DNA of 64,000 nt from an uncultured Armatimonadia bacterium (GTDB taxonomy: Bacteria; Armatimonadota; Zipacnadia; CAVVLO01), in the NCBI GenBank assembly GCA_963749155.1, contig CAVVLO010000002.1:640001-704000 (forward strand), written 5' to 3'. The notes below the pieces were generated by a model that saw only the letters and a list, made by a program, of their open reading frames with translations, was not told the origin of the DNA and did no database searches. A program made the position numbers and the translations under genes. This document shows positions 52,232-60,600 of the stretch, in pieces. Every line of letters starts with the position of its first letter. Position 1 is the stretch's first letter.

Positions 52232-52441
52232 ATGGACTTCAACTTTACCGAACTCGAACAGCGCGCCGGTGGTCGCTTCGAGCTCGTGCTGGCGCTGGCT
52301 GACAGAGCGCGCAAAATCAAACTGGGCGCTCCGCCGATGGTCGATGAGGCCGTCGTAGGCTCGCGCAATCCGCTTACCATTGCCATGGCTGAGCTAGCCC
52401 TTGGCAAGATCACCATCCGTCGTAGTGGCGACACCCTTTAA
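52232..52441 (+). CDS. rpoZ: RNA polymerase omega subunit
   Basis: GGRFELVLALADRARKI...NPLTIAMAELALGKI. Confidence 0.88.
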   Translation: MDFNFTELEQRAGGRFELVLALADRARKIKLGAPPMVDEAVVGSRNPLTIAMAELALGKITIRRSGDTL

Positions 52442-52456
52442 CCACCCCTGCCGCAT

Positions 52457-53593
52457 ATGAGAACGACTCGGGACTACTATGAGATACTGGGAGTGGCCCG
52501 GGACGCGACCACCGAGGACTTGAAGCGCGCCTTCCGGAAGAAGGCGATGGAATGCCACCCCGACCGCAATCAGGATGATCCTGAGGCAGAAGGGCGCTTC
52601 AAGGAACTCAACCTCGCCTACCAGGTGCTTTCCGATACCGACAAGCGCGCTCGCTATGACCAATTTGGCGAAGCGGGCGTGTCCGGCAATGGCACAGGGG
52701 GAGGTTTTGATCCAAACGGTGGCGGCTTCGACTTCGGCTTCGGCGATCTGGGCGATGTGTTTGAGGCCTTCTTCGGCGGTCAGCAGCGCACCAGCGGTCC
52801 CCAGCCTGGCGCCTCGCTTCAGTATGAAGTCGAGCTGTCTCTCGAAGAAAGCCGCTTCGGGTGCGAGCGCACCCTGGCCTTCTCGCGCCTTGGGCGCTGC
52901 GCGGTCTGCGAGGGCACAGGTTCGGAAAGCAAATCCGGCCCTGCCGTCTGCACGATGTGCGCGGGCACTGGACGCGTGCGGCAGACTCAAAACACCTTCT
53001 TCGGCCAGTTCAACACCGCGCGGCCTTGTCCCCGATGTCGCGGCACCGGTCGCACAGTGACCGATCCCTGCCCCTCCTGTGAGGGCAGCGGGCTCAAGAG
53101 CGAGGACATCAAGCTCAAGCTCGATATTCCCGAAGGCTCGCTCGAAGGGCAGAAGCTGCGCCTGCGCGGCGAGGGCGATGCGGGGGAACAGGGGATGCCA
53201 GCCGGCGATTTGTTCGTCCTGTTGCGCTTCAAACCCCATGAGCTGTTCGAGCGACATAATCTGGACCTGCATATGGAGCTACCCCTCTCGGCTCTCGATG
53301 CAATGCTTGGCACCGAGCTGCAGGTGCCGACACTTGAAGGCGAAGAGAAGCTGGACATCCGCGCCGGGACCCAGCCGGCCGATGTGTTTCGCATCAAGCA
53401 GAAGGGCCTGTATGACGGCTCGCGCAATCGCAAGGGTGACCTTTACATTCATGCGAAAGTGGTCATCCCTCGCAAGCTGAGTAAAGAAGACCGCCAGCAG
53501 CTCGAAGCCTTGCGCGACAAGCTCGAAGGGGACCATGAGCCTGAGAAGGCCTCCTTCCTCGAGCGGATCAAGCAGATGATGGGAGGGCGCTGA
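52457..53593 (+). CDS. dnaJ: Chaperone DnaJ (class A)
   Basis: J-domain HPD, G/F region, four CxxCxGxG repeats. Confidence 0.97.
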   Translation: MRTTRDYYEILGVARDATTEDLKRAFRKKAMECHPDRNQDDPEAEGRFKELNLAYQVLSDTDKRARYDQFGEAGVSGNGTGGGFDPNGGGFDFGFGDLGDVFEAFFGGQQRTSGPQPGASLQYEVELSLEESRFGCERTLAFSRLGRCAVCEGTGSESKSGPAVCTMCAGTGRVRQTQNTFFGQFNTARPCPRCRGTGRTVTDPCPSCEGSGLKSEDIKLKLDIPEGSLEGQKLRLRGEGDAGEQGMPAGDLFVLLRFKPHELFERHNLDLHMELPLSALDAMLGTELQVPTLEGEEKLDIRAGTQPADVFRIKQKGLYDGSRNRKGDLYIHAKVVIPRKLSKEDRQQLEALRDKLEGDHEPEKASFLERIKQMMGGR

Positions 53594-53594
53594 G

Positions 53595-54476
53595 GTGGAT
53601 ACACGCTCCTGGGCGAAGCTTTCACTTATTGGGCCAGCCGCCGCGCTTGAACCGCTGGAAGGGTTGCTCGCCAAATATGATATGAACGCAACCCAGGTTA
53701 TCTTTGAGGACGACCGGGTGCGCCTGGATTGTTATCTATACACCGATGAACTGAACTCCGATTTGGCAATTGCTATCGGAGGAGACCTGAACTACTTCCC
53801 CACACTTTTCCCCGAACTGCCTGCGGAATATGAACTGAAGCAGGAAGAGCTGGGCCCCCAGCCTGACTGGGCGCTGGCCTGGCGCGATTTCTACGAGCCT
53901 ATCGAAATTGGCAGGCTTCAGGTAGTGCCAAGCTGGCTGGCGGACGAGACACCGGAAATCGAAGGCGGCACCAGGTTGATACTCGATCCGGGACGCGCTT
54001 TCGGCACTGGTCGGCATGAGAGCACCAAACTGCTGCTCGGACTGCTCCAGGAGCAAGACCTGGCAGGCAAGCGCGTGCTGGACTTGGGCACTGGGTCGGC
54101 TATTCTGGCGCTGGCCGCGGCCAGGCTGGGCGCAGGAAAAATTGTCGGCACCGAGATTGATCCCGAAGCCGTTGAAGTGGCTGAAGAGAATGTAAAGCAG
54201 TCCGGCCTTGGCGAACAGATAACTCTACTGACTGGAAGCCTCTTCGAAGGCGTCGAAGGGCGCTTCGACCTCATCCTCTGCAATATCCTCGCCCCGGTAG
54301 TAATTGAAGCCGCAGGGCAAGCGGCGCGCTACCTGGCGCCAGGAGGATTGTTCTTCGGCTCGGGTTTTTACGAGGCGGACTCAGCCCCTGTCATCGAAGC
54401 GCTGCAGGCCTCCGGCTTCGAGGTGAAGGTTGTCACCCTGGGCGAGTGGGCGGCTATCTCGGCAAAACTCGATTGA
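53595..54476 (+). CDS. prmA: Ribosomal protein L11 methyltransferase
   Basis: DPGRAFGTGRHEST, LDLGTGSAILA, NILA; follows dnaJ. Confidence 0.93.
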   Translation: MDTRSWAKLSLIGPAAALEPLEGLLAKYDMNATQVIFEDDRVRLDCYLYTDELNSDLAIAIGGDLNYFPTLFPELPAEYELKQEELGPQPDWALAWRDFYEPIEIGRLQVVPSWLADETPEIEGGTRLILDPGRAFGTGRHESTKLLLGLLQEQDLAGKRVLDLGTGSAILALAAARLGAGKIVGTEIDPEAVEVAEENVKQSGLGEQITLLTGSLFEGVEGRFDLILCNILAPVVIEAAGQAARYLAPGGLFFGSGFYEADSAPVIEALQASGFEVKVVTLGEWAAISAKLD

Positions 54477-54587
54477 TCCCTTCCCAAAAGACCTCCTCTC
54501 CTGGCAGGAGGACTCCGACTTCGGGCGAAAGACTGTCTTCCTGAAGCATTAAGGGTGCAAAGACTGGTTTGGAAGAAGGAGCCTCCA

Positions 54588-55382
54588 ATGAAACTGGCTT
54601 GTCAGGAAGGATTGGTACCTGGTACCAGCCTCAAGGAAAAGTGCGAAAATCTGGCAGCCTGGGGCTACAAGGGCATCGAGTTTGGCGGGGGAGGCCTGGC
54701 CGAGCGAGTGGGCGAAGTCAATGCCGCCTGCGATGCGGCAGGCATCAGAGCTTGTTCTATCTGCTCTGGTTATCCAGGGGTGCTGCTTTCGGACCGGGCC
54801 GATGAGCGTAAACTGGCAGTCGATGGCATAAAGGCTTTGTTTAAGGTAGCCGCCGATATCGGCGCGGTGGGAGTCATCGTCGTGCCGCTCTTCGGAGGGC
54901 CAAAACTGCCTGACCTCTCTCCCTTGATGGGCGTACTCGAAGCCGAAACTCAGCTTCTAATCAAGCTATGCGAGCAGCTAGCCCCGACAGCCGAGGATGC
55001 CGGTGTCTGCCTGCTGCTGGAGCCTCTCAACCGGTATGAGACCCATTTCATCAACAGGCTCGAGCAGGCCGTGGCTATCTGCGAAGCCGTGCCAAGCCCT
55101 GGTATACAACTTATGGCAGACTTCTTCCATATGAGCGTCGAAGAACGCGACATCCCCGCGGCTATCGAAGGCGCAGGGGCTTTTGTAAAGCATGTGCATC
55201 TGGCCGAAAGCACCAGGCTCTTCCCCAATCCGGAATACGGCCACACTGATTTCAAGGCGGGATTTGCGGCTTTAAAGGAAGCCGGCTTCGAAAACTATAT
55301 GGCAATCGAATGCATACCCACTGGCAAGGACCGCGCGACCGAACTCAAGGCCACTGCGGCTTATCTGAATTCCTGCATATAA
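54588..55382 (+). CDS. Sugar phosphate isomerase/epimerase (xylose-isomerase-like TIM barrel)
   Basis: LEPLNRYE, DFFHM, HVHLAES.R, AIEC metal ligands typical of the ketose 3-epimerase/IolI-like family. Confidence 0.9.
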   Translation: MKLACQEGLVPGTSLKEKCENLAAWGYKGIEFGGGGLAERVGEVNAACDAAGIRACSICSGYPGVLLSDRADERKLAVDGIKALFKVAADIGAVGVIVVPLFGGPKLPDLSPLMGVLEAETQLLIKLCEQLAPTAEDAGVCLLLEPLNRYETHFINRLEQAVAICEAVPSPGIQLMADFFHMSVEERDIPAAIEGAGAFVKHVHLAESTRLFPNPEYGHTDFKAGFAALKEAGFENYMAIECIPTGKDRATELKATAAYLNSCI

Positions 55383-55400
55383 GCAAGGGAGGCAGGCGTT

Positions 55401-56372
55401 ATGACAGTGCGTGTTGGTTTTGTGGGATGCGGAGGGATGAACTCCGCACATATGCGGTCGCTGGCTCGGCTGGAGTCGGCCCAGCTTGTGGCCTTCTCCG
55501 ACCCGGACCTGGCCAGGGCGCAGTCCAAAGCTGAGGAGTTCGACGGCAGAGCTTACGAAAGCCATGAGGCGATGCTGGAAGCTGAAGCCCTGGACGCTAT
55601 CTATGTTGCGGTGCCGCCCTTCGCTCACACGACTGCCGAGTTGATGGCGGCCGAAAAAGGCTGCGCGGTCTTCGTCGAGAAGCCTATCGCAACTACCCTG
55701 GAGAAGGCGCTCGAGATAAACGAAGGGCTCAAAAAGGCCAGCGTCGTCACCCAGGTCGGCTACCACTGGCGCTGGTTCGACACTACCGAGCAGGCGGCTG
55801 CTCTGCTTCCCAAAGACCAGGTGCATATGGCGCTCGGTTACTGGAATGGCGGCTTCCCCGGGGTTGCCTGGTGGAGGGTACTTGCCGAGTCGGGCGGGCA
55901 GTTCGTCGAGCAGACGACTCACATCTTTGACCTGGCGCGCTATCTGGTCGGCGAAGTAAAACAGGTAGGCGCCTTCGCGACCTTGCGCGCAATGAAAGAC
56001 ACGCCCAATATGGACGTGCCCGATGTCGGTGTGGCAACGCTGGAGTTCGAATCGGGCGCCATCGGCACGGTAATGAACACTTGCGCACTTATGCAAGGCC
56101 ATAAAGTGGGCCTGGCGCTGGTTGGACACGATTTGGTGGTCGAGCACAACGCCGGCCAGTTGCTGGTCATCAAACCCGATGGCAGGGAAGAAGTCACGCC
56201 GACAGTAAATCCCGTCGAGCGCGAAGATGAAGTCTTCATCCAGGCTGTAAAGACTGGAGATACGAGCGCCATCCGCTCGAGCTATGAGGACGGCGTGAAG
56301 AGCCTGGCTGTCTCACTGGCCGTGAATGAAGCCTGGCAGAAGGGCAAAGTCGTCGAGGTACCCCGTATCTAG
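55401..56372 (+). CDS. Gfo/Idh/MocA NAD(P)-dependent oxidoreductase 1
   Basis: GCGGM, VPPFAH, EKP, SGGQFVEQTTH. Confidence 0.93.
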   Translation: MTVRVGFVGCGGMNSAHMRSLARLESAQLVAFSDPDLARAQSKAEEFDGRAYESHEAMLEAEALDAIYVAVPPFAHTTAELMAAEKGCAVFVEKPIATTLEKALEINEGLKKASVVTQVGYHWRWFDTTEQAAALLPKDQVHMALGYWNGGFPGVAWWRVLAESGGQFVEQTTHIFDLARYLVGEVKQVGAFATLRAMKDTPNMDVPDVGVATLEFESGAIGTVMNTCALMQGHKVGLALVGHDLVVEHNAGQLLVIKPDGREEVTPTVNPVEREDEVFIQAVKTGDTSAIRSSYEDGVKSLAVSLAVNEAWQKGKVVEVPRI

Positions 56373-56420
56373 TTACCGAGCGACAATATCGCTTGTATAA
56401 ACCCACTGGAGGAATTGCGA

Positions 56421-57398
56421 ATGGCACTAAGAGTAGGGATGATTGGTTGCGGCGGGATCGCCGAGGCGCACTTGAACACCTTGAAAGGACTGGAAGATGC
56501 AAACCTGGTGGCCTTCCAGGATATCGACGGCGCGAAGGCTGCGCGCTTTGCCGAGCTTGCTGGCCAGGGCAACGTCTACAGCGACTACCGTGAGATGTAC
56601 GACAAGGAAGCCCTCGACGCCGTCTGGGTCTGCGTGCCTCCCTTTGCCCACGAAGATCAGGAGCTTATCGCCTGCGAGAAGGGCATCCCCTTCTTCTGCG
56701 AAAAGCCCGTTGCGCTTACAATGGGCAAGGCGCGCGAGGTAGAAGCGGCCGTCGAGAAGGCAGGGCTTATCACCGGCGCAGGTTATCTGGTGCGTTATAT
56801 GGACACCGCGGCCAAGGTGAAAGAGCTTATCGAAGGCAAGCAAATCGATATGTTCGAGGGCCATTTCTCCGGAGGCTTCCCCGGCGTGTACTGGTGGCGG
56901 CGGATGGAATTATCCGGCGGTCAGTTTGTCGAGCAGACCACTCACATAGTCGATATCTTGCGGTATTTCCTGGGTGATGTAGAGCGCGTTTCGGCCTTTA
57001 TGGCCCAGCGCGATATGGAAGATATTGAGAATATCAATATCCCCACCGTAGGCACCGTGGGGCTTGAGCTCAAATCCGGCGCAGTTGGCGCAGTTCATAA
57101 CACCTGCATCGTATCGCAGGGCTATAAAGTAGGCGCTACCCTCCTTGCGCGCGACCTGGTGGTCGAGTATACTTACACGCGAGTGACTTGGCGCACCCCG
57201 GATGCAAGCGGAGAGTTCACCTGTGACTTCGACGGGATGGTGCGAGAGGACGCTGCTTTCCTCAAAGCCATCCAGACTGGTGACGCTTCGCTAGTCAAGT
57301 CTACATACTCGGACGCCGTTAAGACACTGGCGGTAACCCTGGCAGCCAATGCTTCCGCCGAGAGCAAGCAGGTAGTATCGGTGGACAGCTTCGGCTGA
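56421..57398 (+). CDS. Gfo/Idh/MocA NAD(P)-dependent oxidoreductase 2 (tandem paralogue)
   Basis: GCGGIA, VPPFAH, EKP, SGGQFVEQTTH. Confidence 0.93.
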   Translation: MALRVGMIGCGGIAEAHLNTLKGLEDANLVAFQDIDGAKAARFAELAGQGNVYSDYREMYDKEALDAVWVCVPPFAHEDQELIACEKGIPFFCEKPVALTMGKAREVEAAVEKAGLITGAGYLVRYMDTAAKVKELIEGKQIDMFEGHFSGGFPGVYWWRRMELSGGQFVEQTTHIVDILRYFLGDVERVSAFMAQRDMEDIENINIPTVGTVGLELKSGAVGAVHNTCIVSQGYKVGATLLARDLVVEYTYTRVTWRTPDASGEFTCDFDGMVREDAAFLKAIQTGDASLVKSTYSDAVKTLAVTLAANASAESKQVVSVDSFG

Positions 57399-57418
57399 CC
57401 TGTCTGGAAGGAACACAA

Positions 57419-58243
57419 ATGAGTCGCGCATGTTCGCTTGTTGACGAGAAACAGCTGCGGGCGCAGATATGTGAACTCGGTCATCGGCTCTGGCAGCGTG
57501 AATATGTGGCCAGTAATGACGGCAATATCTCCGTCATTATGAGCCCGGACACGGTGCTTTGCACCCCCACTGGCGTCAGCAAGGGGTTTATGACGCCCGA
57601 TATGCTCATCAAGATAGACCGTCAGGGCAAAAAGCTTGATGGCTATCTCAATCCCTCCTCCGAGATAAAGATGCACCTGAGGGTTTTTGATGAGCGACCT
57701 GACATATGCGCCGTCATCCACGCACATCCACCGACCGCAACAGGTTTCGCCGTGGCCGGGGTACCACTTACCAATATGGTGCTGCCCGAGATCATCATCA
57801 CGCTGAAGGCCATCCCGCTTGCCAAATATGGGACCCCTTCGACGCCGGAGATCCCGGATGCGCTGATGCCCTTCCTGCAGGAATATGATGCTTTCCTGCT
57901 GGAGAACCACGGGGCGCTCACTCTCGGCAGAGACCTGCTTGATGCCTATCACAAGATGGAGCAGGTAGAAGGCTTTGCGCGCATCTCGCTGACTGCGCGT
58001 TTGCTCGGTTCAGAGCGCGCGCTGCCCGACCAGGATGTGAACAGGTTGCTTGAGATGCGCCGGGACTGGGGTCTGGAAGAGCGGTCCGTGTGCGCAGCCT
58101 GCGGTGCATGTGATGCAGAAGCAAGCGTAGGCGATCTGAAGAAAGACCAGAAGCCCTCGGCTTCTCTTACCGACCCGGAGCTTCACAGTATTGTCCGGGC
58201 AGTTACTGAAGAGATTCTCAGCGAGTTGAACAAGTCTAAATAA
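57419..58243 (+). CDS. Class II aldolase/adducin family protein with C-terminal encapsulation peptide
   Basis: DGNIS, PSSE, HAHP, NHG Zn ligands; tail LHSIVRAVTEEILSEL. Confidence 0.92.
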   Translation: MSRACSLVDEKQLRAQICELGHRLWQREYVASNDGNISVIMSPDTVLCTPTGVSKGFMTPDMLIKIDRQGKKLDGYLNPSSEIKMHLRVFDERPDICAVIHAHPPTATGFAVAGVPLTNMVLPEIIITLKAIPLAKYGTPSTPEIPDALMPFLQEYDAFLLENHGALTLGRDLLDAYHKMEQVEGFARISLTARLLGSERALPDQDVNRLLEMRRDWGLEERSVCAACGACDAEASVGDLKKDQKPSASLTDPELHSIVRAVTEEILSELNKSK

Positions 58244-58264
58244 GCAAGACTAAGGTGAGTCAGG

Positions 58265-58645
58265 ATGGCAGGAATGCAAGAAGCTCTGGGGTTGCTTGAG
58301 ACTTTCGGTCTGGTGGCCGGCTTAGAGGGACTTGACGCGATGTTGAAGGCGGCCAAGGTGCGCTTGATCGCCTGCGAGTTCCCTGGCAGCGGTCGCGTAA
58401 CCATGATGGTAGTCGGTGATGTAGGAGCAGTTCAAGCGGCCCTTGACGCCGGCGCGGCCTCGGCAAAAAAGGTCAACGAAGTCGTTAGCTCGCATGTCAT
58501 ACCGCGCCCTGACGAGTTCACCGGCGACCTGGTAGCAATGTCCCGGCTGTACATACCCGACGAAGAGCCCTCGGGCGAAGACGCCGATGTTTCGCCTTCA
58601 CCCAAAGCTCCAGGTCGGCGCGGTGGCGGCGGCAGAAGCAAATAA
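58265..58645 (+). CDS. BMC-H shell hexamer with C-terminal disordered extension
   Basis: ALGLLETFG...DAMLKAAKV...GDVGAVQAA...HVIPRP plus a tail of about 35 aa. Confidence 0.95.
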   Translation: MAGMQEALGLLETFGLVAGLEGLDAMLKAAKVRLIACEFPGSGRVTMMVVGDVGAVQAALDAGAASAKKVNEVVSSHVIPRPDEFTGDLVAMSRLYIPDEEPSGEDADVSPSPKAPGRRGGGGRSK

Positions 58646-58705
58646 TCAAAGTCGATTTCCCAGTTCGCGTCCAGCGGGCGGGAGTAATTCAAGGAGGTAC
58701 CGTCA

Positions 58706-58981
58706 ATGAACGGTGAAGCATTGGGTCTCATCGAAACTCGCGGTCTGGTTGGCGCCATTGAGGCTGCTGACGCTATGGTGAAGGCAGCTAACGTTACCCT
58801 CATCGGCAAGCAGCAGATTGGCGGCGGACTTGTCTCCGTGATGGTAAGAGGCGACGTAGGCGCCGTGAAAGCTGCTGTCGACGCGGGCGCTACCGCGGCC
58901 AAGAAAGTCGGCGAGCTGCTCTCCGTGCACGTTATTCCACGGCCACACGAGGAACTCAAGAAGATCCTGCCCGAGGGGTAA
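58706..58981 (+). CDS. BMC-H shell hexamer (PduA/EutM-like)
   Basis: [26 protein letters not shown]...[10 protein letters not shown]...HVIPRPH; strong SD AAGGAGG. Confidence 0.97.
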   Translation: MNGEALGLIETRGLVGAIEAADAMVKAANVTLIGKQQIGGGLVSVMVRGDVGAVKAAVDAGATAAKKVGELLSVHVIPRPHEELKKILPEG

Positions 58982-59002
58982 GTCTCTCTCAGGCTTGCGT
59001 CA

Positions 59003-59053
59003 GACTAGTTGACAGGCCAGGCGGCTCGCCGAGCTGACTGGCCTTCACTGGTC
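59003..59053 (+). other. Long intercistronic hairpin after the major shell gene
   Basis: GACTAGTTGACAGGCCAG...CTGGCCTTCACTGGTC imperfect stem; no U-tract. Confidence 0.55.
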
Positions 59054-59081
59054 ACCTCCTCGTAAGGGGCGTGGACCTGCG

Positions 59082-59747
59082 GTGCAAGAGCAAGAGCTAG
59101 TTCAGCTAATTGCCGAGCGCGTCCTCCAGCGGCTGAAGGAAAGAGACATCGAGGTTCATCAGGTGTCCCGTGACCGGATCCCGGTGGGCGTTTCTGTGCG
59201 GCACCTGCATATCACCAAAGAGGACTTCGCAGCCCTGTTTGGCGAAGGCGCAGAGCTCAAAGTGCGCAACTGGCTGTATCAGGAAGGCGAGTTCGCCTCT
59301 GATCAGACGGTCACCCTAGTGACCGCCCGGCGGTCGCTGCCAGGTGTGCGCATCCTGGGGCCCTTCCGCCCGAAAACTCAGGTCGAGGTCTGCAGGACCG
59401 ATGCCGTTATGCTCGGAGTAAATCCTCCTGTCAGAGTCTCGGTCAACGAGGCAGGCGGCGGTTCGCGAATCACTTTGGTGGGGCCTGAAGGCTCCATCGA
59501 TGTGGATGATGGTCTTGTGGTCGCGCGCAGGCATGTCCACTGCAATCCGACGGAAGCCGCCGCGCTGGGCATCAAAGAAGGCGACAGGCTGGATCTGGAA
59601 ATACTCTCCGACAGGCCTGTTGTACTGCGAGATGTTGTGGTCCGCACTGGCGAAAAACTCAAACTCCAGTTTCATGTGGATACTGACGAGGCGAATGCCG
59701 CCGATGTCAGATGCGATATGTTCGCCCGTATCGCCGAGGTGAGGTAA
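59082..59747 (+). CDS. pduL: Phosphate propanoyltransferase (PTAC) with N-terminal encapsulation peptide
   Basis: SVRHLH, RILGP, ARRHVH, HVDTDEANAA. Confidence 0.95.
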   Translation: MQEQELVQLIAERVLQRLKERDIEVHQVSRDRIPVGVSVRHLHITKEDFAALFGEGAELKVRNWLYQEGEFASDQTVTLVTARRSLPGVRILGPFRPKTQVEVCRTDAVMLGVNPPVRVSVNEAGGGSRITLVGPEGSIDVDDGLVVARRHVHCNPTEAAALGIKEGDRLDLEILSDRPVVLRDVVVRTGEKLKLQFHVDTDEANAADVRCDMFARIAEVR

Positions 59748-59750
59748 CAA

Positions 59751-60047
59751 ATGAAACTCGGCAAGATTGTGGGTACTGTCGTGGCGACCCAGAAAAATGA
59801 GGCGCTCATTGGCGCCAAGTTGCTGGTCGTGCAAGACTTGAAACTCGATATTGCCCCTGCAAGTGGGTCGGTCGTCTGCGTGGACAGCGTTGGAGCAGGG
59901 ATCGGAGATGTTGTGCTTTATGTCTCCGGCAGCTCTGCCCGGCTTACCGAGGTCAGCAAGGACAGGCCGGTGGATGCCACTGTGATCGCAATCGTTGATA
60001 CAGTCGAGGTCGAGGGCCAGGTGGTCTTCTCCAAAGGGGCTTCCTGA
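59751..60047 (+). CDS. BMC-P pentamer (EutN/CcmL family) 1
   Basis: MKLGKIVGTVVATQK...DSVGAGIGD..GSSAR...AIVD. Confidence 0.95.
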   Translation: MKLGKIVGTVVATQKNEALIGAKLLVVQDLKLDIAPASGSVVCVDSVGAGIGDVVLYVSGSSARLTEVSKDRPVDATVIAIVDTVEVEGQVVFSKGAS

Positions 60048-60328
60048 TGAAGCTGGCCAGAGTCGTGGGCAAGGTCGTTGCGACCATCAAAGACCCCGCG
60101 CTCGAGGGCCTTCCCCTGCTTATTATCCAGCCCCTGGACGAACACCTGACTGATCAGGGCGACTTCTTTGTTGCGATTGACCCTATCGGTACCCGCCAGG
60201 GCGATATTGTCTACTGGGAAAGCAGTCGCGAAGCGCCAGCCGCCGTACCGAGCGAGCCACCGGTTTCCGCCGCCATTGTTGGCCTGGTGGACGCCATCAA
60301 CCTTACCGTGCCAACCGAGGTTAAATGA
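60047..60328 (+). CDS. BMC-P pentamer (EutN/CcmL family) 2
   Basis: MKLARVVGKVVATIK...AIDPIG...SSREA...IVGLVD. Confidence 0.93.
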   Translation: MKLARVVGKVVATIKDPALEGLPLLIIQPLDEHLTDQGDFFVAIDPIGTRQGDIVYWESSREAPAAVPSEPPVSAAIVGLVDAINLTVPTEVK

Positions 60329-60600
60329 GACTGGCCAAGGTCATTGGCAATGTCGTCTCGACACACAAATTGCCCGTCTTCGAGGGGCGCAAGCTGATGC
60401 TTGTGAAACCTTGCAGGCCTGACTACTCGCTGACCGAAGAGGCCGTCGTAGCTATTGATATGGCAGGCGCGGGGCCAGGCGAGATCGTCGTACTGGCAGA
60501 AGAAGGCCGCGCTGTGGCCGACTTGTTAAACAACGGAAAGCGCGCCCCAGCCAGGTCGGTTATTATTGGGATCGTCGATAAAGTCCAGGATTCAGAATAA
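60325..60600 (+). CDS. BMC-P pentamer (EutN/CcmL family) 3
   Basis: MRLAKVIGNVVSTHK...AIDMAGAGPGE...EGRA...IIGIVD. Confidence 0.93.
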   Translation: MRLAKVIGNVVSTHKLPVFEGRKLMLVKPCRPDYSLTEEAVVAIDMAGAGPGEIVVLAEEGRAVADLLNNGKRAPARSVIIGIVDKVQDSE

